A stretch of DNA of 64,000 bases from Rariglobus sp. GTDB lineage: Bacteria; Verrucomicrobiota; Verrucomicrobiia; Opitutales; Opitutaceae. Both the position numbers and the translations under genes were made by a program. Numbering within the stretch: the first letter of the stretch is position 1; each line of letters opens with the position of its first letter. The stretch lies in NCBI GenBank assembly GCA_035459785.1, contig DATHXF010000083.1, forward strand, positions 1 through 64,000, read 5' to 3'. This document shows positions 36,187-45,199 of this stretch, one piece after another. The notes beneath the pieces are model-generated. The model was not told where the DNA came from. It saw only the letters and a list, made by a program, of their open reading frames with translations, and did no database searches.

Positions 36187-37500
36187 TTATGAGACCGGCA
36201 GGAGATCGCGAACGTTCACCGGCAGGCCCGTGGCCATGGAGCGGTTGGCTGCAATACCCGTCATAATGGAAAGCGCGCCAGCCTCGTGGCCGGCGGCGCG
36301 GGCAAGCGGATCATGCGCCGGATTCGCACCAAAAATATCTTCCAGCATGACGGTGTCGGCGCCTCCATGTCCGCCGTGGTTGGTCTCGGGGATTTCGATT
36401 TTTTGCGGCGGTCCCCAGTGCGGACGGAACAGCAGCGTGGTGGGCTCGACAATTTCGTGCGCCGAACTTCCGCGTATATTCTTCGCGAGATTGTGATCGC
36501 TTTCGCCTCCGCTGACGTAGGCTTTTTCCGTGACCTCGAATTCCAACCGTCCCTTGGTTCCGGTGAAATACACGCGATAACCTTCCCATGGAGCAAACGC
36601 ACACAGGTGATAGGTCATGACCACGCGGTTCTGATAACGCACCATCACGCCGATGTCGTCCTCGATGGAGATGCCGTCGCCAAAGACGTTCTGGTCACGC
36701 ATGTAGCCATCGGCTGATTCGCAGTCGAAATACAGGCGCTTGAGGTCAGCCTCCTTATTCATATCCAGCGCGAAGAGGTCGCCGGCCACGCGGATGTCGT
36801 CAGTGCCGCGCACATAGGCCCGTGACTCACCGCGATTTTCCGCGTTCTCTCGCCCGTAAAAGCGAAGATCTCCCATGGCCATGACGGTTTCTGGACGGCT
36901 GGAGAGCCACCAGTTAACGAGGTCGAAATGGTGGGTGGATTTGTGCACCATGAGGCCGCCGCTGTTGCGTTTGTCGCGATGCCAGCGACGGAAATAATCG
37001 GCTCCGTGCTGCGTATCCAGCACCCACTCGAAATGCACCGAGGTCACCGTGCCGATCAAACCGGATTGAAGCACTTCTTTGACCTTCGAGTTTCTCGGCG
37101 CATAGCGGTAATTAAACGTAACGGTGAGCTTTTTGCCCGTGCGTTTTTGCGTCTCCAAAATCTGGCTGCACTTTTCTATGTCCACCGTCATCGGCTTTTC
37201 GGTGATCACATCACAGCCTGCCTCCATTGCGCGGCAGAGATACTCATGATGGGTGCGATCAATCGTCGTCACAATGACCGTATCGATTCGGTTTTCCCGA
37301 ATCATCTTTTCGAAATCCGCCGGCGCATAGGAAGGCAACGACGTGCCGATATCTTCCTGCCAGACGGTCATGCGAAGCGGATTTAGATCGCAAAGAGCGA
37401 CCAGTTCGCAGGTTTCGAAATACGTTTTTATGATGGAATCACGGAACATCCGGGAGCGGCTGCCGGTTCCAACCAAGGCGTAGCGTTTTCTGGGGGTCAT
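36187..37500 (-). CDS. Gfo/Idh/MocA-family oxidoreductase
   Basis: 437 aa; LVGTGSRS Rossmann start, ITEKP motif, GFO C-domain. Confidence 0.8.
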   Translation of the reverse strand: MTPRKRYALVGTGSRSRMFRDSIIKTYFETCELVALCDLNPLRMTVWQEDIGTSLPSYAPADFEKMIRENRIDTVIVTTIDRTHHEYLCRAMEAGCDVITEKPMTVDIEKCSQILETQKRTGKKLTVTFNYRYAPRNSKVKEVLQSGLIGTVTSVHFEWVLDTQHGADYFRRWHRDKRNSGGLMVHKSTHHFDLVNWWLSSRPETVMAMGDLRFYGRENAENRGESRAYVRGTDDIRVAGDLFALDMNKEADLKRLYFDCESADGYMRDQNVFGDGISIEDDIGVMVRYQNRVVMTYHLCAFAPWEGYRVYFTGTKGRLEFEVTEKAYVSGGESDHNLAKNIRGSSAHEIVEPTTLLFRPHWGPPQKIEIPETNHGGHGGADTVMLEDIFGANPAHDPLARAAGHEAGALSIMTGIAANRSMATGLPVNVRDLLPVS

Positions 37501-37574
37501 GCTGCCTCGTATCCTAACAAGAAGACCGTTATTCCGACATTGCAGAACCGCACGGATGATTGACAGAATCGCAC

Positions 37575-38399
37575 ATGATCAGCGGCGTTAAAAACCTGAT
37601 GTATCTCTCCAAGGGCATGCGCACCTATGGGACGAAGCCCGTGCTGGCGCGGGCCCGTGGTTATTGGGAATTCGAATTCGTCTTCACCGGACGCGCACGT
37701 CCCACGGGGGTTGATTGCCCTCCTCCACCGCTGGAAAAACCACGGCTTTATATTTCCCATCCCAACTCTCCCCACGGATGGACCGATGATGCCGACGGTG
37801 TTTCGGAAATCTTCGTGATCCAGTTCCAATCGGTCCCCGAAGAGCTTGCGGAAATCGTAACACCCGCTGGCCCGCTTCAGATCGAACTTCACGACTCCGA
37901 CCGGCATGGACTGAAATTGCGGCTTCAAGACGCTTGGAATGCTTCATCCGATAAAGACGCCCACGCTTCCCTAAAGCTCCATCAACTCCTGTTCGACATA
38001 GCCGCTTTGGCGATCAGTCGGCTTAAACAAAAAGAGTGGCGGATCGAACCGGCGGATAAAATCAACCGGACGCTCCACTGGTTTGAGGAAAACCTGGGCG
38101 AAAACCCCACGGTGGAAGAGGCCGCCCGCGAAATCGGGGTTTCGACGGCCCATTTGCGGCGGCTATTTTCTGACGCGGGTCGTCCGTCACCAAGGGCGGA
38201 ACTCGCGCGGTTAAAAACCGAGGCCGCGCAACGCTGCTTGTGCGCGGGCTGGACGCAGGAAGCCATCGCTCAATTTCTGGGGTTTAGTGAAGCGAGTTCT
38301 TTTGCACGGGCATTTTATAATGTGTGCGGCCGGTATCCCGGCGAGTGGCTGAAGAAAACCCAATCGAACAAAGGTAAACGTCACACCGGAGCGACGTAG
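37575..38399 (+). CDS. AraC-family transcriptional regulator (cupin sensor + HTH)
   Basis: ORF 37560 (TTG) trimmed to ATG 37575; C-terminal AraC HTH ...IGVSTAHLRRLFSDAGRPSPRAELARLKTEAAQRCL...AIAQFLGFSEASSFARAF.... Divergent from the 36187..37500 operon. Confidence 0.75.
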   Translation: MISGVKNLMYLSKGMRTYGTKPVLARARGYWEFEFVFTGRARPTGVDCPPPPLEKPRLYISHPNSPHGWTDDADGVSEIFVIQFQSVPEELAEIVTPAGPLQIELHDSDRHGLKLRLQDAWNASSDKDAHASLKLHQLLFDIAALAISRLKQKEWRIEPADKINRTLHWFEENLGENPTVEEAAREIGVSTAHLRRLFSDAGRPSPRAELARLKTEAAQRCLCAGWTQEAIAQFLGFSEASSFARAFYNVCGRYPGEWLKKTQSNKGKRHTGAT

Positions 38400-39799
38400 T
38401 TTTTGGGTCCTCCCAGACGCATGAACTGTCCGTGGACGTAGCAGGCGGAAACAAGCGAGAGCACGGCCAGCACGCAGCCGGCGACAAACGTGTAGCGATA
38501 GATATCCCCGGCCCGGTCGATAATGATGCCCATCAACGGGGCCACCGACATCTGAGCCGGCGCGGCGACAATACTGGCGGCCGCATAAAACTGGGCGAAT
38601 TTCGACTGGGGAAACAGTCGGGCCGTCAGCGAAGCGGAGCTGGTATAGTAGCAGCCCGAAAGAACTCCATGCAGGACCCAGGCGATCAGAAAAGTCTGGG
38701 AGGTGGTCGCATAACAGCTCCCCCAGATGGCTACGATCAGGTAGCCCGACATGGTTACGATCACCATGCGGAGAGGATGGAAATAATCCGCCAGCCACCC
38801 GATGAAATACGACAGACAGAGGGAAATGAGATAGGTCAGGGCCAGATACTTCCCGTAGACATCCATGCTCAGACCCAGACTGCGCGCATAAGGAATCGAA
38901 AATACATTGATCGGAACGAAGGCCACAACCGCCGCCATGAGCATGACGAAAATCGACAGATAATACGGTTTCGAAAAACACTCCCGGTAATACATTTTAA
39001 GACCGTCCCAAAAACCCTTCCGCCAGCCTTGGCGCGCCGGGTCCGCTGGAGGAAGCGGCGGGTAGCTTCCTTCTTTCACCTTGAAGCACACCCACGTGAA
39101 GGCCGCTCCGTAAAAAATGCCGACTCCGCCCATGATGAGGGTGAAATGCTCGGGGATTTTACCCGTAAGCCAGAAGTTGAAAATCATCCCGTCGATCAGA
39201 CTGACCGCGCGGAACATTCCATAAAAACGCCCGATCAGTTGCTTCGGCACCACGTCGTTGATCAGTCCGCCAAACACCGCGCCGCTGGCGACGGTCGCCG
39301 CCTCAAAGGCGGCCCAGAACAGTCCGAAGCAGATGACTGAAACCACCATCTCGCTTTCATTCGGGAAAAAACCATGCACCCACCGCGCTATGAACGGAGT
39401 CACCGCCAAACCGATCATGCCGAAGCCGGCCAGCGGAGTCGTCACCAGGAGAAAAGGAATGCGCCGGCCCCATTTGCTGCGATAGCGGTCCGATTTGACA
39501 CTGATGACCGGGCCGAGAATCAGCCCCATGAACGCCGGGAACGTGCTTATGAGCAGCCCAAAGAGAAGATTGGGAACCCCCAAGTGATTCAGATACCAAG
39601 ACGAGGTCGGCCCGATCGAACGGTCTCGCATCGACCAGGCAAAGTCTCCCATCAGCAGCCAGGCAAACAGCACGATCAACCCGCTCGAGGTGTAGGTCAG
39701 CGTGCCTGCCGTCCACGTTTTCTTGGCGGCATCGCGCGATGCCGGAAGATTTGCCGCGGGCTCGGCCACGGACGCATTATTGGTGGGAATAGGTGTCAT
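38381..39799 (-). CDS. MFS transporter, GPH cation symporter family (paralog of 29794..31257)
   Basis: ORF 38381..39946 trimmed to ATG 39797-39799 (MTPIPTNN...); ISVKSDRYRSKWGRRIPF motif; 12 TM. 3' end overlaps the convergent AraC gene by 19 nt. Confidence 0.75.
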   Translation of the reverse strand: MTPIPTNNASVAEPAANLPASRDAAKKTWTAGTLTYTSSGLIVLFAWLLMGDFAWSMRDRSIGPTSSWYLNHLGVPNLLFGLLISTFPAFMGLILGPVISVKSDRYRSKWGRRIPFLLVTTPLAGFGMIGLAVTPFIARWVHGFFPNESEMVVSVICFGLFWAAFEAATVASGAVFGGLINDVVPKQLIGRFYGMFRAVSLIDGMIFNFWLTGKIPEHFTLIMGGVGIFYGAAFTWVCFKVKEGSYPPLPPADPARQGWRKGFWDGLKMYYRECFSKPYYLSIFVMLMAAVVAFVPINVFSIPYARSLGLSMDVYGKYLALTYLISLCLSYFIGWLADYFHPLRMVIVTMSGYLIVAIWGSCYATTSQTFLIAWVLHGVLSGCYYTSSASLTARLFPQSKFAQFYAAASIVAAPAQMSVAPLMGIIIDRAGDIYRYTFVAGCVLAVLSLVSACYVHGQFMRLGGPKNYVAPV

Positions 39800-39803
39800 C
39801 TTC

Positions 39804-40556
39804 TTAACGGGCCGCCGGATCAAAACGCACCGCTGCCGCCAACCGTGGATCGACTCGCGCCAAATCGGTCGCCACCAGACGCGCGATTTCACGTGCCCCG
39901 GCCTCGGTAAAGTGCGTGCGGTCGCCCTTGCCCGGACGATCCGCATTGTCGGCTTGATTCAACGTAAACGCATCCGAGCCCTGTTCACCCAGCCGCTCGT
40001 ATAACGCACCGCTCGTCGCATGCAGATCGATGACCGGCACCGTCAACTCCGCGGCGACAGCCTTCATCGCTTCAACATACGGGGCGAGTTCGGTCGAAAG
40101 CTTCCCGTCCTTGCCGAAGATCCGCCGCCTCACCGGCGTCACGAGCACAGGCACGGCGCCCGCTTCTCTCGCCTCGCGCACAAAGCGCCGCAGGTTTTCC
40201 CGATAATCGGTGGCTGCATCGGTGGACTCGGGCTTTCCCTTGTCGTGGGAATCGTTGTGCCCGAATTGAATCAGAATAAAGTCCGGCTTGGAGGTGAGCA
40301 CCCGCTGCCAGAGATCGCTGGCAAAGGTCTTGGTGCTGCGTCCCGGCTTGGCTTCGTTGATAACAACCACCCCTGGTTGCAAAAACTCCGGCAACAGCTG
40401 TCCCCAGCCCCGCGTGCGCAGGGACTCCTTGTAATTCGACACGGTGGAGTCGCCGATAATGCCGATCTTCAAGGGCGCAGGTGCAACGTTAGCTGTGTCG
40501 GCCAAGGCCATCGACAGCAGACTAAGAGAGGCAAGAAGCAGGATGATTTTTTTCAT
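39804..40556 (-). CDS. SGNH hydrolase, rhamnogalacturonan acetylesterase-like (CE12-like)
   Basis: 250 aa; signal peptide; IGDSTV (block I), GHNDS (block III), DRTHF (block V). Confidence 0.75.
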   Translation of the reverse strand: MKKIILLLASLSLLSMALADTANVAPAPLKIGIIGDSTVSNYKESLRTRGWGQLLPEFLQPGVVVINEAKPGRSTKTFASDLWQRVLTSKPDFILIQFGHNDSHDKGKPESTDAATDYRENLRRFVREAREAGAVPVLVTPVRRRIFGKDGKLSTELAPYVEAMKAVAAELTVPVIDLHATSGALYERLGEQGSDAFTLNQADNADRPGKGDRTHFTEAGAREIARLVATDLARVDPRLAAAVRFDPAAR

Positions 40557-42598
40557 GGAATACTCAGTTCAAAGGGACCGGCCGGAAATCCGGCTCCGTT
40601 GTAGAGATTGCCGTTCGGGTTGCCCGACCAGGCGTAACGCACCGCCGCCGGTGCCTTCACCTGCGGACAGCTGACGATCACCGCTTCGCCCTCGATATGC
40701 GCCTCGGCCCAGAACCACTGGCCGTCCGGGCTGCGGACCGCGAAACCTTCCAGCTGGCTGTCCGGGCTGTTTCTCACCAAGGGCTTGGTCACCCGCTTGG
40801 GACGACTGGCATCCAGATACTCCGCCGGAACCGGACGCGCCTCCAAGCCGCCCGTTGTGTTCGAAAAGCGGATACGAATGGAATTTCCATCCAGAGATTT
40901 TCCGGTGCACACGGGCCCCGAATATTCGCCGTCGCGCCCGTAGTCTTTCACGAGAGCGATGGCCGCCAGACGCTCGCCCGGATCGCGCTTGTTGACGGGG
41001 TGGATGTCCGACGCCTCGCCCACATCGATGATCACCGCCTGTCCGGTGTGCGGCAGCGATAAGGCCTGCGATTGGGCGTCCCGCAGGCCCACCCAACCGT
41101 TGACCGCATCCGGCTTGCTCGTCGTGGAGCCGTAATTGGGCAGCTGACACCAATAGAACGGGAGCTCGGGAGCATTCCAAAGGGAGCGCCAGTCCGTGAT
41201 CAACAGGGGAAAATTGACCCGATAGAGTTCAGGCCTGCTGGTGTTGTGTTCGCCCTGATACCAGATCACCCCGCGAAGGCCGTAGGGTGCCAGTCCGGCG
41301 ATCATTCCGTTGTAAAGCGAAGCGGGCAAATTGCCCGGGCGTAGCGGCGCCTGCAACGCGGCCGGCCGGGCGGTCTGCGCCTCGGACGACAAGGCGGGAA
41401 ACGAGACCTCGGTCTTCAATTTCCATTCTCCTCCCATATACTGAGACCCTGCGGAAAAATAACCGCCGTTGAGCGCCGCGCCCCCCCAAGGCGCGTAGAT
41501 GCGAATCGCCACCGTATGCGACCCGGCGGTCACCTGCGCGGCCGGGATTTTATACTGACGACGCACGCCCTCACGTCCTGCTCCCTCGCCCGGATAGTTG
41601 TCCAGAGTGCGTGCACCCACGGCATGCCCGTCCCAGTAAATCGTTTCGATGCCGACAATCTCGTTGATATCGAGAACCAGTTCACGGCCCACATCGGCGC
41701 CCGCGACGTTCACTTCACGCCTGACCCACTGAATCCCGCTACCGGGAAGCGCGCCCGGCAGACGCACACTGCGCCACTCGGAACCGGACTCGGGAGGGCC
41801 CGCCGCAAACTCGCGCAGTTGGGCGTCTGACGTCGGACGATCTTCGCGCCCGTTGCGCGTGGCCCATGCGGCCATGTCGGCGCGCCACGCGGCCTGCTTG
41901 CTTGGAAAATCCCGACTCTGTGCAAGATCGGCTCTCCCGAGCTCTCCGAGTGCGGGGATGCTTTCGAGCGCCTCAAGCCGGGTCCAAGCCTCGATGGGAG
42001 TTCCTCCAACCGAGGAACTGACAATAGCCACAGGGGTGCCTAATTCTCGACGAAGCTTGCGCGCGAAAAACCACGCGGTGGCGGAAAACGCGGGACTCGT
42101 TTTCGGAGAGGCGATCACCCAGCGCCCATACACGTCGCGCTGCGGCGTCTCGACCGCCTTGTAGGAAACCTGAAAAAAACGAAGCTGGTCGTCGGTCGAT
42201 GCGGCGATCTCATCGGTCAGCTTAAAATCGCCCAACGAACGCTGCATGTTCGATTGTCCGCCGGCCAGCCAGACTTCGCCGACCAGCACATCGGAGATCG
42301 AGCGCGTGTTGTTGCCACGAACATCCATCCGGTGCGGTCCCGCCGCGAGCTTCGTCAGATCCAGCTGCAGCCGCCACTTTCCGTCCGCGTCGGCGGTCGC
42401 CTCTCCGAGCGCTTCGGCCAAGGTGACTTTCACGTGTTCACCGGAGGCAGCCCGGCCCCAAACCGGCGTGCTGGCGGAGCGTTGAAGCACCATGTGATCG
42501 GAAAACACGGGCGGCAACGTGACATCGGAAAACGCGACCGTGGTCGCTCCGCCGAACAGCACCGCCAGGGAACTGAAACGCGCAAACATGGAAATCAA
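40553..42598 (-). CDS. Sialate O-acetylesterase-like (SASA/DUF303) carbohydrate esterase, tandem-domain
   Basis: 681 aa; signal peptide; HMVLQR...PVWG and GEVWLAGGQSNM motifs of the SASA family. ATGA overlap with the downstream CE12 gene. Confidence 0.7.
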   Translation of the reverse strand: MISMFARFSSLAVLFGGATTVAFSDVTLPPVFSDHMVLQRSASTPVWGRAASGEHVKVTLAEALGEATADADGKWRLQLDLTKLAAGPHRMDVRGNNTRSISDVLVGEVWLAGGQSNMQRSLGDFKLTDEIAASTDDQLRFFQVSYKAVETPQRDVYGRWVIASPKTSPAFSATAWFFARKLRRELGTPVAIVSSSVGGTPIEAWTRLEALESIPALGELGRADLAQSRDFPSKQAAWRADMAAWATRNGREDRPTSDAQLREFAAGPPESGSEWRSVRLPGALPGSGIQWVRREVNVAGADVGRELVLDINEIVGIETIYWDGHAVGARTLDNYPGEGAGREGVRRQYKIPAAQVTAGSHTVAIRIYAPWGGAALNGGYFSAGSQYMGGEWKLKTEVSFPALSSEAQTARPAALQAPLRPGNLPASLYNGMIAGLAPYGLRGVIWYQGEHNTSRPELYRVNFPLLITDWRSLWNAPELPFYWCQLPNYGSTTSKPDAVNGWVGLRDAQSQALSLPHTGQAVIIDVGEASDIHPVNKRDPGERLAAIALVKDYGRDGEYSGPVCTGKSLDGNSIRIRFSNTTGGLEARPVPAEYLDASRPKRVTKPLVRNSPDSQLEGFAVRSPDGQWFWAEAHIEGEAVIVSCPQVKAPAAVRYAWSGNPNGNLYNGAGFPAGPFELSIP

Positions 42599-45171
42599 GG
42601 CCTAGGATTGTTAAGCTGCCATTCGAAGATCGAAGGAACCGCAGGCTGCGGGCGCGCCGGCATCGCGGCCCGGCTCGTCGGAATCGGCGAGATCGTGTTG
42701 TCGGAAAGTTTACCGAATCGGCCCTGGTTTCCGGTAAAGCCTGCAAGCTCACGCACAGGACCATAGAAGGCGTTGCCGGTGAGTTCGATGCCGGTGCAAT
42801 CCGACGACTCGAACAACACGACCGGCGAAGCGGGTTTGGTCATGATGAAGACGTTGTTCCGAATCGTGTGATCGAAACTCTTCTCCTTGCCGTAAACCGC
42901 ATACTCGCCATCCAGGCGAAAACGATTGTGCAAGATCAGCCATCCCTCGTTACCACCGACCATGTGGAGGCCGTTCTTCGGGGCGACGATGTCATTGTTG
43001 TAAACGACGTTTCGCGGCCCCTGTGGACCGTGATAAGGACTGCTCGGCCCAGAAGCGTAGAGGCCGTGGCCGTAGCTCCCGTTGGCCATGTCGGCGAGCG
43101 TCTGCTCGATGACATTGTTTTCGAAAAGATTTTCATGCGTCCACCCCGCATGCCACTGGCCGTCGCTGCCGGTGAAGTGACCGTTGCGAATCACATTGCC
43201 GGCAGAGCCCCATTGCACGTCGGGCGCGTGGCGCATGCCCTCCGTGACGGCGCCATCCATGATGCAATCGAACGAGCGCTCAATACCCACGTAACCCGTG
43301 CCGCCACCGCCTTTGAAGAGCGCACCGCGCGCCTCCAGCCCGATGAGTTCGCAGTGCTTCGAGCGGGTGATATAGAGCGGATTACGACCGGCGTTGATCA
43401 CGCCCACGTCCTTCAGCCAGCAACCCCAGCCGTAGCAGATGGTGACGCCGTCGGTCCACAGATCTTCCATCGGATACCAGCCGGTCAGCTCATTTTTAGG
43501 TCCCTTCAACTCGGTGGTGATGACCTTTTGCTCGATCGTGAGTCCTTCGATACCCGAACGCTCCACCACGCCGATGCGCTGCACGTAGGAGCCATCCTCG
43601 AGCGGGAAATCGATGCGAAAAGCTCCATCAACGGTGACGCCTTCTTTGGTCACGGCGGTTACTTTGTAGTGATTTGTCCGGTATATTCCCCAGCTGGTGA
43701 TTTTTCCGGTGAGCTTGTCCCAGCGAGGAGTCGCCGGCGCCTCGATCATGAGACGATCACCCACGGCGAAGCCATGTCCGGGAGCCAGCGCCAGACGGTT
43801 GTCGCCTCGTTGCGCGGTGGCGGTCAGCAAGAACTTTGGACCGGTAATTCCCGGTCCCGAGATCAGCAGCGCGGCGGCTTCGTCGGCCCACGTGTCTCCG
43901 CGTTGGGGCGTGGCGGAGACTTCAACGTCAAACGATTCGGTGAACCGGTCGCCGTTTGCGTAACTTACCTCTGCGTCGATACGGTGCCGACCCGGGCCGA
44001 GTTTTTGCAGCAGCAGCGAGCCCTTCATCCGCAGGTAAAACCGATTGCCCCAGTGCTTGGCGAGACTCTGCTCGGCCATTGTTTTTCCGTCCGAAGTCGC
44101 ACGCAACAAAACCAGATTTTTCGGGTTGGCTTGAATTTCGAAGAAACTGTCCGGGCCAATTTTGCCTGACGGGTTCCAAGACCAGGAGCGCACCGTGCCG
44201 TAGGGGATGTGGTCCGTGTAAAGAAGGTGGGTTTTATTCTTCCCCGCGCCCCGGATCACCACGCCCGAATCCCGAATGACAATCGAATGACCAAGCAGGA
44301 ATCGACCGGCCGGCAGCTCAACGACTCCGCCTCCTTTGGCGGCAGTCTTTTCCACGGATCGCTGCAGGAGATCCGCGATGTCGCGACCTTCTTGACCGGC
44401 GAAGACTTCCTTGCCGACAACCACGGGCAGTGACCCCGCAGCCGGTATACCTCCGGGCACGCCGGCGTGACGCCAGTTTGGATATACCAAGCCGTCGGGA
44501 CCGACCACGTCGGACGCGGTCAATCGCGCCCGCTCGTCCGCCTGGGTCAGATCGAATTTGTAGGTCGGTTGCCAAGGAGGAGTCATGCCGGGCAAAAACG
44601 CCTCGACCTCCAGATCGTCGAGATCGGCGACGACCTTGGAGCCGTCGAACGAATGGATACGCACATCGAACGTCGCGGCCCCTTCGGACGGAACGGCGGT
44701 CACGGTGTATTGCCGCCAAAGCTGACTCTCGACCGTCTGCTGGTCGCTGTATTTAGGCGAAGGATTCAGCTGCTTTCCGTTCGCGCCGAAAAAGCGCAGA
44801 TACACCGCGATGCCCTTCCCCGATACGCACCGGGCCCAGAGTGAAACGCGATAGGCACGACCAGACTCGACCGCCAACGGCTCCGTGTGCACCGAGGATC
44901 CTGCATGCGTCGAGTCATCGACAACGCGCAACCCGCGTCCTCCCGTATGAGCCGCCTCCGACATCACCCGGCTCATCGGCGCCGATTCGTCTGCCACCCA
45001 TCCCGCCAAACCGGTTTCGAAGCCGGGATTGGCGAAGGTGAGCGGTTTGACGGCCGTCTCCGCCGCGCCCGCATGCGCAACGCCGACGGCGAGCATGGAC
45101 AGCAAGGTCCAACGCGCGGCGCAGCGGAACACCACAGGCAACAGAGAAGATGTCGGACAATCGGAGATCAT
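42595..45171 (-). CDS. Secreted pectin-lyase-fold (right-handed beta-helix) protein with N-terminal CBM4/9-like module; glycosidase/lyase of unassigned family
   Basis: 858 aa; N-terminal FANPGFETGLAGWV... CBM-like module; beta-helix region shares ...HAGWTHENLFENNVIEQT...GSYGHGLYASGPSSPYHGPQGPRNVVYNNDI...HNRF... with the next gene; PxPAVPSIFEWQ C-terminal motif. Confidence 0.6.
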   Translation of the reverse strand: MISDCPTSSLLPVVFRCAARWTLLSMLAVGVAHAGAAETAVKPLTFANPGFETGLAGWVADESAPMSRVMSEAAHTGGRGLRVVDDSTHAGSSVHTEPLAVESGRAYRVSLWARCVSGKGIAVYLRFFGANGKQLNPSPKYSDQQTVESQLWRQYTVTAVPSEGAATFDVRIHSFDGSKVVADLDDLEVEAFLPGMTPPWQPTYKFDLTQADERARLTASDVVGPDGLVYPNWRHAGVPGGIPAAGSLPVVVGKEVFAGQEGRDIADLLQRSVEKTAAKGGGVVELPAGRFLLGHSIVIRDSGVVIRGAGKNKTHLLYTDHIPYGTVRSWSWNPSGKIGPDSFFEIQANPKNLVLLRATSDGKTMAEQSLAKHWGNRFYLRMKGSLLLQKLGPGRHRIDAEVSYANGDRFTESFDVEVSATPQRGDTWADEAAALLISGPGITGPKFLLTATAQRGDNRLALAPGHGFAVGDRLMIEAPATPRWDKLTGKITSWGIYRTNHYKVTAVTKEGVTVDGAFRIDFPLEDGSYVQRIGVVERSGIEGLTIEQKVITTELKGPKNELTGWYPMEDLWTDGVTICYGWGCWLKDVGVINAGRNPLYITRSKHCELIGLEARGALFKGGGGTGYVGIERSFDCIMDGAVTEGMRHAPDVQWGSAGNVIRNGHFTGSDGQWHAGWTHENLFENNVIEQTLADMANGSYGHGLYASGPSSPYHGPQGPRNVVYNNDIVAPKNGLHMVGGNEGWLILHNRFRLDGEYAVYGKEKSFDHTIRNNVFIMTKPASPVVLFESSDCTGIELTGNAFYGPVRELAGFTGNQGRFGKLSDNTISPIPTSRAAMPARPQPAVPSIFEWQLNNPRP

Positions 45172-45199
45172 AGGCGGGCGGATTTAAGAACACGTTTCA